45,241 nt of DNA, taken from NCBI GenBank assembly GCA_032718475.1, contig JAUCBJ010006784.1:1-45241 (forward strand). Direction: 5' to 3'. Source of the stretch: Nemertoderma westbladi (Eukaryota > Animalia > Xenacoelomorpha). Of the stretch, positions 12,654 to 24,204 are shown one piece after another; positions within the stretch are counted from its first letter, which is position 1; every line of letters starts with the position of its first letter. The notes under the pieces were generated by a model. The model saw only the letters and a list, made by a program, of their open reading frames with translations. It searched no databases and was not told the origin of the DNA. The translations under genes and the position numbers were made by a program.

Positions 12654-12896
12654 GAGACCGTGAGGACCAGCCAGTGCATAATCTTGTACTTTGGCAGCCT
12701 CATGGAGTGAATAAGCATGGTGGACAGCCCATTACTTTCTTGAGACGCATCTTAAAGGACACTGGCCTTAAAGATGCGGATGATCTAACAAATGTCATGG
12801 GTGATAGGGAGTTGTGGCGGCGCAATTTTGTCGACAAGCCGGCACAGCATTCTTAAAAATGCAGCTGCAATGCAGCATGCCGATACTAGTAGTAGT
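12654..12896 (+). mobile_element. 5'-truncated RTE-type LINE copy 3
   Basis: Same 3' sequence as copies 1 and 2, (TAG)n tail, 9-bp target-site duplication aaccaatca at 12645 and 12897. Confidence 0.85.
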
Positions 12897-14825
12897 AACC
12901 AATCAAAACTTTTTGATTGAAATCAAAACATTTTATAATAATATATGGAATCTTTTATTAAAAATTTGTATTATTATTATAATTATATTTGAGTAACATT
13001 TTATAGTCTGCCTCTGTTTTATTATTATCTTATTATGATGGTTGAATTGTAGGACCGTCGACTTTGTTATTATAGTCTCCGATGTCGTTGGGTTCCCGCG
13101 GGTTGTATGTACTTGCCCATATTTTCAGTAATTGTAACTAAGGAATCTATATTTTCCGGGCCATTAATTAAACTATCACTCTACCAATATAGCTTGTAGA
13201 TGACAACTTTACCTATAATATAGCTTGCTACCCATAGAGCTAATGGTTTAAGGTTGCGGTAACCAAAAAAATTGGTATTGTTTCGATTGTAACATCTGCT
13301 GCCCGGCAGTGTGATTACCAAACTGCGCACTATTGCGACATAGTTTATGTTATTTACAGACACACAACAGGGTATAAATCATTTTGATTAACATAAATTA
13401 ATGACACAGGATATAATGGAAGTATTGTACAGATATGCATTGGTGGTAAAACCGAATGCAGAGAAAATTACCTAAAATTGATGGAAGGAAATTAGAATTT
13501 ATAATTTTGTGGATAATAATTAGGAACGGGAAGTGAATACTAGAGCTTCTACTGTACATAGACGACTTGTCTACCTGAAAGGGAGTTAATGACAGTAAAA
13601 TAAAGTCTTACCAAGATGGGTTGGAGTTACTTCTATGGGGAACACAATATACCTTATGTTGTTGTGTGGCAGTGTCGTGATTAGTAATTAATTACACTTC
13701 ATAGAATGACAATACATGTCAGTTAACATTTTTCTATGGAACTTTTGGGTAAATTAATTATTAGAGAGAGTTACATTGAATTTTTTTGCTTAAATGATAA
13801 ATGAATACGTTAAAATATCTTTAAATATTATTGCATGGATGGATTTCGGTGGGGGTATGTATGAGAACTGGTGGTACTGGAGCCCAGGACCTCTGTTAAG
13901 GCTTTTACGACTAAAAACTCACATTTTATTAGCAATGCGCCGTCTTACTCCAAAACCATAGAACTAATGAGTAAGATTTATCAAATCTCTAAAAGCCACA
14001 CGCCCTGCCGTGTTCATTTTTGGTATCCTCTTTAGTATTCTCTAACCTCCTTCTTAGTGGTGGAAATGCGGCCAATAAGATACAAACTGACACAAATACT
14101 GAATTGATTGTGGGGCGAGCCACGAAGTGAGCGAAGCCTTAACATATAGGTGCCATTAACGAGTTGTCTGTCGTCGTCGTCGTCGTAAATTTTTGAACGC
14201 TAATAACTCAGTTATTCCTCGATGAAATTAAACGAAACTTTGTACGTGTATATTCCGGCAAAAGTTTAGAATGAATCGGAAGTTTGGTAAAAAAAAACGA
14301 ACGAACGCAACGAGTTTACAGTGGATACGAGTATCTTTTATTTTATTTTAATTTTATTCCACGCCTAACGGCACATAGTAAAAACGAAGTAGCACAATAT
14401 TATAATTATATATAAATACATAGCATAAAATTAATTAATTTGCTGACCCTACACTACAGACTACGCTATTCTAGAACAAGGACTACACACTGTCTATACC
14501 GCACGAAGCAAATAATTGTTCGAGTCTGTAACTCGGCCCTTAAGACTGGTACGGCATTTATATATTATATGACAAAACATAGGTATATTTAAGACACCAA
14601 AAGTGAGAGATATACTGGTTGGCTAATCGTTTGTCAAACGAGGAACCTTAAAAAGAAGCCTAGCACAGTTGTTATAAGCAACCCTCAATTTATCAAAAAC
14701 ACGCTGGGTGTAATTACGTCGAGCCCATAGACTACAACAATAAATTGGCGTTATATAAGCACGAAAAAGTGCCACTTTAACGGCAGTAGATGCATTACTA
14801 AATTTCCTAGCTAGTGTATTATTAT

Positions 14826-15346
14826 TTTGATAAGCACTACATGAGTCAGTTACTGTTCTCTTTATATATGATAAAATTCATTGACAGTCGGCAAATTAGT
14901 GAGCAGTATTGTGTGTTACCGGTAGTGTGCATGATTGTGACTGATAACTAAGCATTTCCTAAAGAATGCGCCTCATACGTGAATCATAAGCCTTACCGAC
15001 TTACCGTTGTGATTAGTATAGGTCATATCTCTGTTTATCTAGATAGAGCGCCACGTCCTAAAGGAACTGTTAATATTTCCCGAAAGTGAATAATATTAGT
15101 CAGAAATTATTTATTAACGATCAATCGAATAATACAGTAAGCTTACACTGCAATAATAATCTAAGCCCTCAGAATCCAGTCTCCCAGGTATATCCAGCGG
15201 GTGAATGGACGCGCACTAGGCTGGCTTCTGCTAATGTTGTGTTTATTGGTATTAAATATTTGTCAACTTCTAAAGTCTATTTATCAACCAAAAGACATAT
15301 AAATTTTGGCAGGTTAAACTGCTAAAGGTCTTCAAAAGCGCGTACA
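14826..15346 (+). repeat. Element B 5' LTR remnant (3' 521 bp only)
   Basis: Nearly identical to 40987-41507 (two substitutions noticed); ends gcgcgtACA. Confidence 0.9.
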
Positions 15347-15357
15347 ATAACAGTTAT
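15347..15357 (+). promoter_or_regulatory. Non-tRNA primer-binding site of B (ataacagttat)
   Basis: Directly follows the LTR, lacks TGG, and is the reverse complement of ataactgttat at 40754-40764 in B's 3' LTR. Confidence 0.75.
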
Positions 15358-16655
15358 AGTCTTTATTGCAGTAAGCCATAAAGTTGAAAGTACCGGTCGA
15401 CCAGTAAACCTGAACCGGTACTTCTGTAGGTCAGTAGGCCCAACTGCCAGAACCGGTACTGCTGTAGGTCCAACTGCCAGAACCGGTACTGCTGTAGGTC
15501 TGTAGGCCCAACTGTCCTAACCGGTACTTCCAGTATAAGTACATTAGTATTATTCGATTTTGATTATTGTATACCGGTAGGTCTTAGTATTTAATCAGGG
15601 ACGGCCGCCCTGGTTTTTTATTGAGATTTTACTTATTTCTGTCGGTTTTATTTATATGTAAGTTAATATTGAGCTGAAGACGTGTAAGTCTGCTCAGATT
15701 GTTCAGATAATTGTAGGCCGGACTGTTGTCGGATTGTTGTTGGGTTTGGAGAGATTACTGCGTGTGTAGAGTTTGTCCGATAGAGTGCCAGTTAGTAAGT
15801 TGGGGCAGCCATAGCTGTAAGGTCAATCCCCTCTTAAAGAATAAGTCGTACTACTGTGTTAGAACGCATACTAACTAACCATTTTGGAATCTGCACATAC
15901 TGTAGTTTATTTAGGCTTGACAGTATTCTGCCAACGTTTTGGCCTGTGTTTGTTTGTGTGGTCTGTTCAGGTACCGTAATAGTTATTACTCAGATATTTT
16001 GTAGGCTGGATTGTTGTCTAGCTATTATTAGGTCTGAAGAGATTGCTGCGTGTGTAGAGTTTGTCTGATAAAGTGCCAGTTAGTAAGTTGGGGCAGCCAT
16101 AGCTGTAAGGTCAATCCCCTCTTAAAGAATAAGTCGTACTACCGTGTTAGAACGCATACTAACTAACCATTTCGGAATCTGCACATACTGTAGTTTATTT
16201 AGGCTTGGTGGTAGTCTGCCAGCGTTTGGTTTGTATTTTGTTTGAGTATTCTGTACGGGTAGCGTAATATTTATTATTCAGAGTTTATGCGATTATTCGC
16301 AACATTCATGTCCCCAAGTTTATTCCTACAGTAATTGTGTTTGTTACACATACCGTTATAGTTAAATTAACCCCGGTACTACACGGGCTGCTTGGCGTAG
16401 GAAAAGACTGGTGACTTTGTGCTTCGGTCACTCCAGCAGATGCCGTGGTTCTTTTAACTGTTCAAGTATATTTAACTACTGATTATTTGTTGTACCAGTA
16501 CTTGTACCTAATTTAGGGTTTAGTGTACAGTGCTATCCGAAGTAATTAGTGTGTAGGCAGTATATTTGTGTTGTAAAGTGGTTAATAGGCACGTTGGATC
16601 TGGTAGTCCGCGGTAATTAACTTCCAGGTAGGAACACTCCGTGATACATAACGTA

Positions 16656-17943
16656 TGTAAAAGCTTCTGTGGGATGCAACTGGTCCTTCGCCCCGCGATC
16701 CAGTTTTTCCCCCATACGCTGAAATACTCTGAAACCTGCTGTAAAAGCGTTTACAGATATAATTGGATCCCCTAGCCCTCGGGGTGCTGTATAAGTGTTT
16801 TTAACGGACATAAAATAGATTCTTCTGAATGTGTGCTTTATGCGGACGTAGCAGGGTACACAACCCGCAATGCGGCATTTCACTGTCACTATGTCAAGGG
16901 AAGGATTCTGATTACGACATCTCCCAGCTGGATGATGACGTGGAGGGAGCTCTCATTGGACTCCTGGTTCCTTTGTTTTGGTCTAACAACCAATCAGGGT
17001 GATTTGCGTTTTCCTTGAAGAGATACCTACAGCAGCTCCCAAACTCAGTGTTTATGTCGTTCCATACTGCCTGAAGATCGGCTGGAATGACGCAATGTTT
17101 CTGCCTTTTTATAAGAACATTAGTAGGCTAAATTATAGAAAGCATAGCTATTATCGATTCGATCCGATTCGATCCGATTCGATTCGACACGATTCCAATT
17201 TATAACTTAACGATTCAATGCAATCTAATTATATCTTAACCTACCGTCATACTGCTTTTACTGTTTGTAATTTTGTATCAGTATAATTGGATGTTATTAG
17301 TTGAAGAATATCAATAATCAACCCACATTTTCCCAATATCTTTGATACACTACAGGTTAGAGAGAAAGGTTATGTACAACAATTGCGACTTTATTATTGT
17401 GTTTGTAGTGAATCTAATGTTGTTTGACAGACACTACCTGAGTCCAGTGCATATCTCTTTATACCTGATCAAAGTCAGTAACTGTCGGCATATCAGTGAG
17501 CAGTGTTGTGCGTTACCGGTAGCGTGCGTGATTGTAAAGTGATTGGATCTGATAATAAAGCATTCCTAAAGAATGCGCCCTATGCTTGAAATTTAAGCCA
17601 TATCGTTGTGTGTAGTATCAGTCATAACTCTGTTTACATAGGTAGAGCGCCACGTCCTAAAAGGAACTGCTAATATTTCCCGAAAGTGAATAATATTTGT
17701 CAGAGATTATATATTAGTAATCAATCGAATAATACAGTAGGCTTGACCGCAAATAAATTTAAGCCCACGAATCCAGTCTCCCGGTGTTATAAACGGGTCA
17801 TTTGGACGCGCATGGACTGGCTTCGGCTAATGTTTTTGGTTTGTTTTGTATTAAATCTTATCATCTTACAAAAGGCAGATTATCAATAAAGACATATAAA
17901 TTTCGGCAGGTTAAACTGCTGAAGGTCTATAAAAGCGCGTACA
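16656..17943 (+). repeat. Element A 5' LTR
   Basis: Direct repeat of 27216-28503 (offset 10560). TATAAG at 17110, AATAAA at 17885. Confidence 0.95.
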
Positions 17944-17954
17944 ATAATAGCTAT
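17944..17954 (+). promoter_or_regulatory. Non-tRNA primer-binding site of A (ataatagctat)
   Basis: Directly follows the LTR and is the exact reverse complement of atagctattat at 17144-17154. Confidence 0.78.
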
Positions 17955-19938
17955 CGATCTTATTTGCGGTAAGCAATAAGATTGAAAATACCGGTACTAC
18001 TACCGTAGGTCCGTAGGCCCAACTGTCATAACCGGTACTGCTGTGCAAGTACATTAGTATTATTTCGATTGTGATCTATTGTATATTGTGGGCTGCCAGG
18101 GGAATAGGGATTGATCACCCCTCATTCTTTTGTATAGTTTACTTATTTCTGTCGGTTTTATTTACTAGTAAGTTAATATTGAGCCGAAGACGTGTAAGTC
18201 TGCTCAGATTGTTCAGATCATTGTAGGCTGGACTGTTGTCTGACGGTTGTTAGGCTTGAAGATTACAGCGTGTGTAGAGAGTCTGATAGGTGCCAGTTAG
18301 TAAGTTGGGGCAACTCGTAAGTTGTAAGGTCAACCCCTATAAAGAATAAGCCGCGCTACCTTATTAGCACGCATACTCACTAACAAGTTTCGGAATCTGC
18401 ATATACTGTGGTTATTTAGGCTTGATAGTAGTCCGTCAGCGTTTATCCTGTATTGTTTGTATAGTCTGTTCAGATACCGTAATATTATTCAGATATTTTG
18501 TGGGCTGGATTGTTGCCTAGCTGTTGTTGGGTCTGAAGGAATTGCTACGTGTGTAGAGTAAGTCTGATAAAGTGCCGTTAGTAAGTTGGGGCAGCCATCG
18601 CTGTAAGGACAATCCCCTCTTAAAGAATAAGTCGTACTACCGTATTAGCACGCATACTAACTAACAGTTTCAGAATCTGCACATACAGTAGTTTGTTTAG
18701 GCTTAGTGGTAGTCTGTCAGCATTTTAGTTTGTATTTTATTTGAGTATTCTGTACGGGTAGCGTAATATTTATTATTCAGAGTTTATGCAATTACTCGCA
18801 ACATTCATGTCCCCAAGTTTATTCCTACAGTAATTGTGTTTGTTATACATACCGTTATAGTTAAATTAACCCCAGTACTACACGGGCTGCTTGGCGTAGG
18901 TAAAGACTGGTGACTTAGTGCCCCGGTCACTCCAGCAGATGCTGTGGTTCTTTTAACTGTTCAAGTATATTTAACTACTGGTTATCTGTTTTACAAGTAC
19001 CTGTACCTAATTTAGGGTTTAGTGTACAGTGCTGTCCGAGAGTAATTAGTGTAGGCATTATTGTGTTGTAAAGTAGTTAATAGGCACGCTCGTTCTGGTA
19101 GACGGCGGTAATTAACTTCTAGGTAGGAACACTCCGTAGATACATAACGTTGTACCTATAGCGCTACGGCTGTAGGTCGTCAGGCGGTGGTATTTTCCTA
19201 TCTAGACAACGCAATATTTACTTCTGCTTATTATTTTCAAATACCGTAGTATCCTGTCCGTTGAAATAACCAGGAGATCTAACCCTTTGTTAGACTGGTT
19301 AGTAGTTTCCCTGTAAAATTGCCCTAAAAATCTGTACGTACCGTTTTTGTGTGTTTATTAGAGATTGTAATCTCACCAATAGTAAGTAACTAGTAAATAA
19401 GTAACGTAGGCCAGTAGAATTATTCTGTTTAGTGTCCCATAAGTAGCACTTCACTGAAAGCGCACAGCTTCTGTGTAGTGGTATTTTACCGGAAATAGTA
19501 ACACCTATTTCAATCTTGTAACAAATCCCTTATCAGGGTATATATATATTATAAATCAACTCCAAAGATTTATAAATCAGTAGGCCTGTCATACAACAAG
19601 TAGGTCTCAATATCAGTTGGACTACTGCTTACATAACGGTAACAGAGTAAACTCAAGTAACTAAGTAACCTTATAATTTCAGAAATTCAATTATCCTAAA
19701 TAATTGATATACCGGTATCTATAATAGGCTTAATATATATTTGTATATATTTGTACTGAAATTATATACCGGTACTCTGTGACAAACCTAGTCTGCAATA
19801 ATTATATATACTGTGGGTGTATACCGGTATCCTAATATATCGTAATTAATTACCGGTACTAGGCCAACAGTCCTACTGAATTACTGGACTTGCTTTAACT
19901 GTAACTATAGCAGTAGGCATTCAACTGTATAACTAAAC

Positions 19939-22900
19939 ATGGCTGACATAAAGAAAACTCTGTCAGATAGTCTTTTAGAAACAACAGCCTGTTTCTCAGA
20001 TCAAAGTGTAGAGAATCCTAGACCGAGATCTGAGACCCCTCCTACTGTAAGAAGGGCAACCCCTGCAGTAGTTGTGTCAGAACCTAGGTTGGTAGAAGCG
20101 ATTTCGCAATTTGCTAAGTTAGTGAAGCGCCGTAGGTCTGCCATAGGCACTCGGGCCCAAGTCAAACGGAACCCAGAGGAAGCTGTCCTATCGCAGCAAC
20201 ATCCTGATCACGAACCTAGTCCCCAGCGACCCGATAGCTCCAGTAGTTCGGAGACTGTTGAGCGGACACCCGAACGCGGAGCGAAAATGGTGGATACGGC
20301 TTGTGATGAGCGGCCAACCTTTGAAGAATCAACCGACGCCCCTTCTTCTCAAGTAGAAAGCGAAGTGGAAAGCGAAGTGGAAAGCGAAGTGGAAAGCGAA
20401 GTGGAAAGCGAATTAACACCAGAAGGACCACAAAAGAGAGATGCAATTGATACCTATTTGTCAGATTATCAGCGATTCATAGGAGACAAGGAGTTGAGAA
20501 GAAGACTGCATGGATTTACACCTAATAGTGCAGGGGCTAAGCGTGTATTGGACGAACTCGATGCTGAGATGTTAGCTAAAGATCAAGCTAAATTTGATGA
20601 GGAAAGACGCATCGCTAGAGCCCAGGAAACACAAGTCCAGAAAAAACAAATAGAAGATCGAAAGGCAGCAGCAGCGGCAGAGGCAGAGGCAGCAAGCAAG
20701 CTAGCAGCGGCAGAGGCAGCAAGCAAGCTAGCAGCGGCAGAGGCAGAGGCAGAAAGAAAATTGACAGAAGCGGAAAAGAGAGCTTCTGACGAGATCGCCC
20801 AACTAGAGTTGGCAAATCTGCAAGAGACACATGATTACATCAATAAACGCGACACAGAAAGTCGAATGAAGATACTGAGTCGATCTACTTCGAAACGCCA
20901 AGGTTTTACATCCTCAGAAGAAGGAGACACTACCGACACTGAAGGTGGAAGAAATAGATCCCGTCTCAGTAGGCGTAAAAGAATGTCTCCACGTCAGAAA
21001 TTGCCTGATTTGCCTCCAGCTGTTAAGAGACAACTAGCTAGCATAGCAGTAGATAGTACAGAACCCACAGACCAAACTATTACCATTACCAGACTCCCTA
21101 CTATAGTAGATGAGCCGGAAATAATTAGGCCTGTTCTAGAAAACACCCCTTCGGTGAGAGAGACCCCTGTACTCCCCAAATCTACTACCAAACTCCCTTT
21201 ACACAGTACTATTAAATTAACGGCACCTGGTGGAGCAGCCCAAGTCCCGGTTCTGGAGACTGAGAGAGACATACAAGATCTGTCTCCCGTCGCCCCGATA
21301 CGGCCCGCTACAACGTTGGCGACTCCCGCTTCGGCGGTCGAGTGGGTTGAGAAGGGACGGCGGGAGATGAGTCTCTTGCTCGGTCAAATGCGAGAACAGC
21401 GAGACTGTTCCTCGCAACAGATCCGGGACTTAGAAGGGACTGTCTACCAACTCAAGGGAACCGTAAGGGATAGTAGGATAGAGCTGCAAGAAGTGCAGCA
21501 AAATATCGCTCTCGAGCGCGACAAATTAGTCAATATACAAAGGGGAATACCAACACCCCCTGTAACCCTGTGTCAACCTGCTAGGTCGGAAGTGTATCAT
21601 GCGCGAGGTGTGTCGCCTACACGCATATATACTGCTAGCAAAGTAGAAACACCCCCTATAACCCTGAGTCAACCTGTTAGGTCTGAAGTACATCATGCGC
21701 AAGGTGTGTCGCCTATACGCATATATACTGCTAGCGAAGTAGAAACTCCTATAGTAAACCCTATTACGGGAGACTACAAACCTGTGAATAATGATATTCC
21801 CTATAGACCTGATAATGATCTGAAAAATTTATATACCGATAATTCGATATTAAATAACACGATGGCCCAAGAAAGCTTTACGCGTCAGATGGCTAGAACA
21901 GAAGCCCGCCAAGCGGTCAAAGTGGGAGAAATTGTCAAATTCAACGGTGATGAGATGAAATGGTTACCTTTTAAAGAATATTATGAAGATAGCATACAGA
22001 ACTCTGTACTATCTAGCGGAGAGAAACTGAGATTCCTCATCAAATGTTTGGAAGGACCTCCCAAGTTAATGGCGTTGAAGTTTATTGGACATCCAAATGG
22101 ATTAAGACAAGTCTGGGATACATTAAACACCAGGTATGGTAATAAAGATAATATCGCTAAGTATTTGTATGCAAAACTGGTAGCCCCTCGAAAGTTCCTT
22201 AGTAACGAGATTATAGAGTTTTCCGATGAGATTCAAGAAATCTGCCGACAATTGGATTGGTTAGGTAAGTCCCATGAATATCAGAGCTCCATGGTCATCG
22301 GAGCCATAGTCTCTACTTTGCCAAAGGGTGGAGTATGTACACGTTGGGACAAGAAGGTGTTGCATATGATGGAGCAACAACGACGGAGCCCCACCATGGT
22401 GGATCTCATGTCATTCCTAGACCGTGAGGTCAAACTACAACTAATAAAGCAATCCAGGGAAAAAACATCGGAAAATCAGGTAAGTGAAAAACCCGTTTCT
22501 AGGAAAAGAATAATACCCGTATGTTATACTGACGACGGCGAAAGCCAGACCTCCCATGAAGAAGACAGCGGGAAAGACACAGCAAGATCCTACGATGACC
22601 ACAAAACCCCGAGAGACGTAAGTAAATACCAGCCTCGAACCAATGATAGGAGAGACAAGCTTACCAAGACCCCTCCTCAGTCTCCCAAAGGAATTCAGGT
22701 AAGCAAGCCCGAAGAACGAGCGAAAGTGCACAGCATTGCCCAAGTTAAAGTGAGTAACATCAAACCAAAATGTGCGCTGTGCGACGGGCCCCACCGTTTG
22801 AGTGCGTGTGCGGAATTCCAAAAGAAATCCCTGGCAGATAGACGTGGAGTCCTGTGGGATAAGCGGTTGTGTTATAACTGTCTCAGACGCGGACACCAGC

Positions 22901-24204
22901 GGCGAACCTGTTACTCTGACGCAAGGTGTGCTAAGTGCGGCGCGAAACATCATAGCTTATTGCACACAGAATTCGAACGAAACCACCCGAGTCAGGTAAG
23001 TGAGCCCAAATCACATGTCCAATTCAGTGATGTGAACGACACTGACCAAAGTTCTGAGTGGGAAGGATTCTATACTGACGAATTCTCTGATGCCAACGAA
23101 TCCTGTTATCTAATAAACACCGCAGTGTATCGAGCACTTACGTACGAAAAGGATAACGACACGGAGTTTCCATCAACCTCCTTGGACAAGCAACCATCTC
23201 GGAAAACTCCAACATCCAACATAGGAATACGAGAATTTCCGGTAGTCCAGGTAAGAGTTCACGGTCCCAACAAAAGTTACATAGTGAACGCCCTCCTTGA
23301 CTCAGGTAGCACCGGAACATTCATCGACAAGGAGTTAGCCGAGGATATTTTTGCTGGACAACCCAAATTCCGAACTAAGTTAAATATGTCCGGAATTATG
23401 CAGGTTTGGAAATCTACCTTAATGGCAGATTATTATATCGGCGCATTGTCCACTCCACAGGATAAATTAGGGGAACAAAGTATAGAGTCAGTAAAAATGG
23501 TGGCAATAAAGAACTTCGCTACTACTCAAGTAGAACCTTATGACTGGGACGAGGACGAGAACATCCAACATTTGGGAATACCTCGATTCCAAACTGATTA
23601 TCCTGGAGTACAAATCCTTATCGGCCAAAACGCGCATGAGGCGCTCGAGACGTTAGAGAAACAGCCTGCTCAACCGCAGCCATTACAACCTTATGCGGTA
23701 AGAACTCGAGTAGGTTGGTACTTCACTGGCCCTTCCCGCAGAACCCTTGAAGAAAGACTGTCACAAGACCGGATACTTCAAGTAAAAGCTTGGGAAGAGG
23801 AGAGCAGTGAGGTGGACGAAGCCACTGAGGGAACAACATACTCCTCAGATAGCGACGATATCAACTCCAATGTAGATCAATGGAGACATCGACCCGAGAC
23901 GATTAATCTAGCCGACATCGCTTCCAGAGGAGTAACTCCTCAAGAACGGATAGATACTCCCGGCTGGTTGGGTGGACCCGACTCCCTAAGTAAAGAAGAA
24001 GAAGAATGGCCTCCTCGTCTTGCCGCGGCGGAGATTAGACAGGCCAAGGGAGCGGAGGAAATATCACGACGGCCTAATCGCCCAGCTGGTCGTTTAGGTT
24101 TACCGGGAAGAGACCGAAAACTGTCCGGAAACCATGGAAGGCAAGATACTCTTCCTACGACCACTTCCCTAATTCGACAAATATCTAGGGACTCCATCAC
24201 GTAA
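19939..24204 (+). CDS. gag: BEL/Pao Gag-protease polyprotein (1421 aa); RT, RNase H and integrase core deleted in frame
   Basis: DUF1759-like KFNGD..KW..F...LS.GEKL.FL, the BEL triple Cys/His knuckle (CALCDGPHRLSAC, CYNCLRRGHQRRTC, CAKCGAKHHSLLH) and protease ALLDSGS. No YxDD or DDE motif. Confidence 0.92.
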   Translation: MADIKKTLSDSLLETTACFSDQSVENPRPRSETPPTVRRATPAVVVSEPRLVEAISQFAKLVKRRRSAIGTRAQVKRNPEEAVLSQQHPDHEPSPQRPDSSSSSETVERTPERGAKMVDTACDERPTFEESTDAPSSQVESEVESEVESEVESEVESELTPEGPQKRDAIDTYLSDYQRFIGDKELRRRLHGFTPNSAGAKRVLDELDAEMLAKDQAKFDEERRIARAQETQVQKKQIEDRKAAAAAEAEAASKLAAAEAASKLAAAEAEAERKLTEAEKRASDEIAQLELANLQETHDYINKRDTESRMKILSRSTSKRQGFTSSEEGDTTDTEGGRNRSRLSRRKRMSPRQKLPDLPPAVKRQLASIAVDSTEPTDQTITITRLPTIVDEPEIIRPVLENTPSVRETPVLPKSTTKLPLHSTIKLTAPGGAAQVPVLETERDIQDLSPVAPIRPATTLATPASAVEWVEKGRREMSLLLGQMREQRDCSSQQIRDLEGTVYQLKGTVRDSRIELQEVQQNIALERDKLVNIQRGIPTPPVTLCQPARSEVYHARGVSPTRIYTASKVETPPITLSQPVRSEVHHAQGVSPIRIYTASEVETPIVNPITGDYKPVNNDIPYRPDNDLKNLYTDNSILNNTMAQESFTRQMARTEARQAVKVGEIVKFNGDEMKWLPFKEYYEDSIQNSVLSSGEKLRFLIKCLEGPPKLMALKFIGHPNGLRQVWDTLNTRYGNKDNIAKYLYAKLVAPRKFLSNEIIEFSDEIQEICRQLDWLGKSHEYQSSMVIGAIVSTLPKGGVCTRWDKKVLHMMEQQRRSPTMVDLMSFLDREVKLQLIKQSREKTSENQVSEKPVSRKRIIPVCYTDDGESQTSHEEDSGKDTARSYDDHKTPRDVSKYQPRTNDRRDKLTKTPPQSPKGIQVSKPEERAKVHSIAQVKVSNIKPKCALCDGPHRLSACAEFQKKSLADRRGVLWDKRLCYNCLRRGHQRRTCYSDARCAKCGAKHHSLLHTEFERNHPSQVSEPKSHVQFSDVNDTDQSSEWEGFYTDEFSDANESCYLINTAVYRALTYEKDNDTEFPSTSLDKQPSRKTPTSNIGIREFPVVQVRVHGPNKSYIVNALLDSGSTGTFIDKELAEDIFAGQPKFRTKLNMSGIMQVWKSTLMADYYIGALSTPQDKLGEQSIESVKMVAIKNFATTQVEPYDWDEDENIQHLGIPRFQTDYPGVQILIGQNAHEALETLEKQPAQPQPLQPYAVRTRVGWYFTGPSRRTLEERLSQDRILQVKAWEEESSEVDEATEGTTYSSDSDDINSNVDQWRHRPETINLADIASRGVTPQERIDTPGWLGGPDSLSKEEEEWPPRLAAAEIRQAKGAEEISRRPNRPAGRLGLPGRDRKLSGNHGRQDTLPTTTSLIRQISRDSIT

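Noticed and set aside
13213-13300. Possible GPCR N-terminal/TM1 exon (CYNRNNTNFF...LWVASYIIG)
   Set aside because: It has a GT donor and an N-glycosylation sequon but no recognisable TM1 motif and no linking TM2 exon; unsupported.
16681-16690. TGGTCCTTCG, resembling a tRNA-Tyr primer-binding site
   Set aside because: It lies 25 nt inside the LTR (U3), the match stops at 10 nt, and it is not conserved in B's LTR. The LTR boundaries are fixed independently by the target-site duplication and purine tract.
16617-17889. Short ORFs within the LTRs (duplicated at 27030-28449)
   Set aside because: They are identical only because the LTRs are identical; no motifs, and not conserved in B's LTR.
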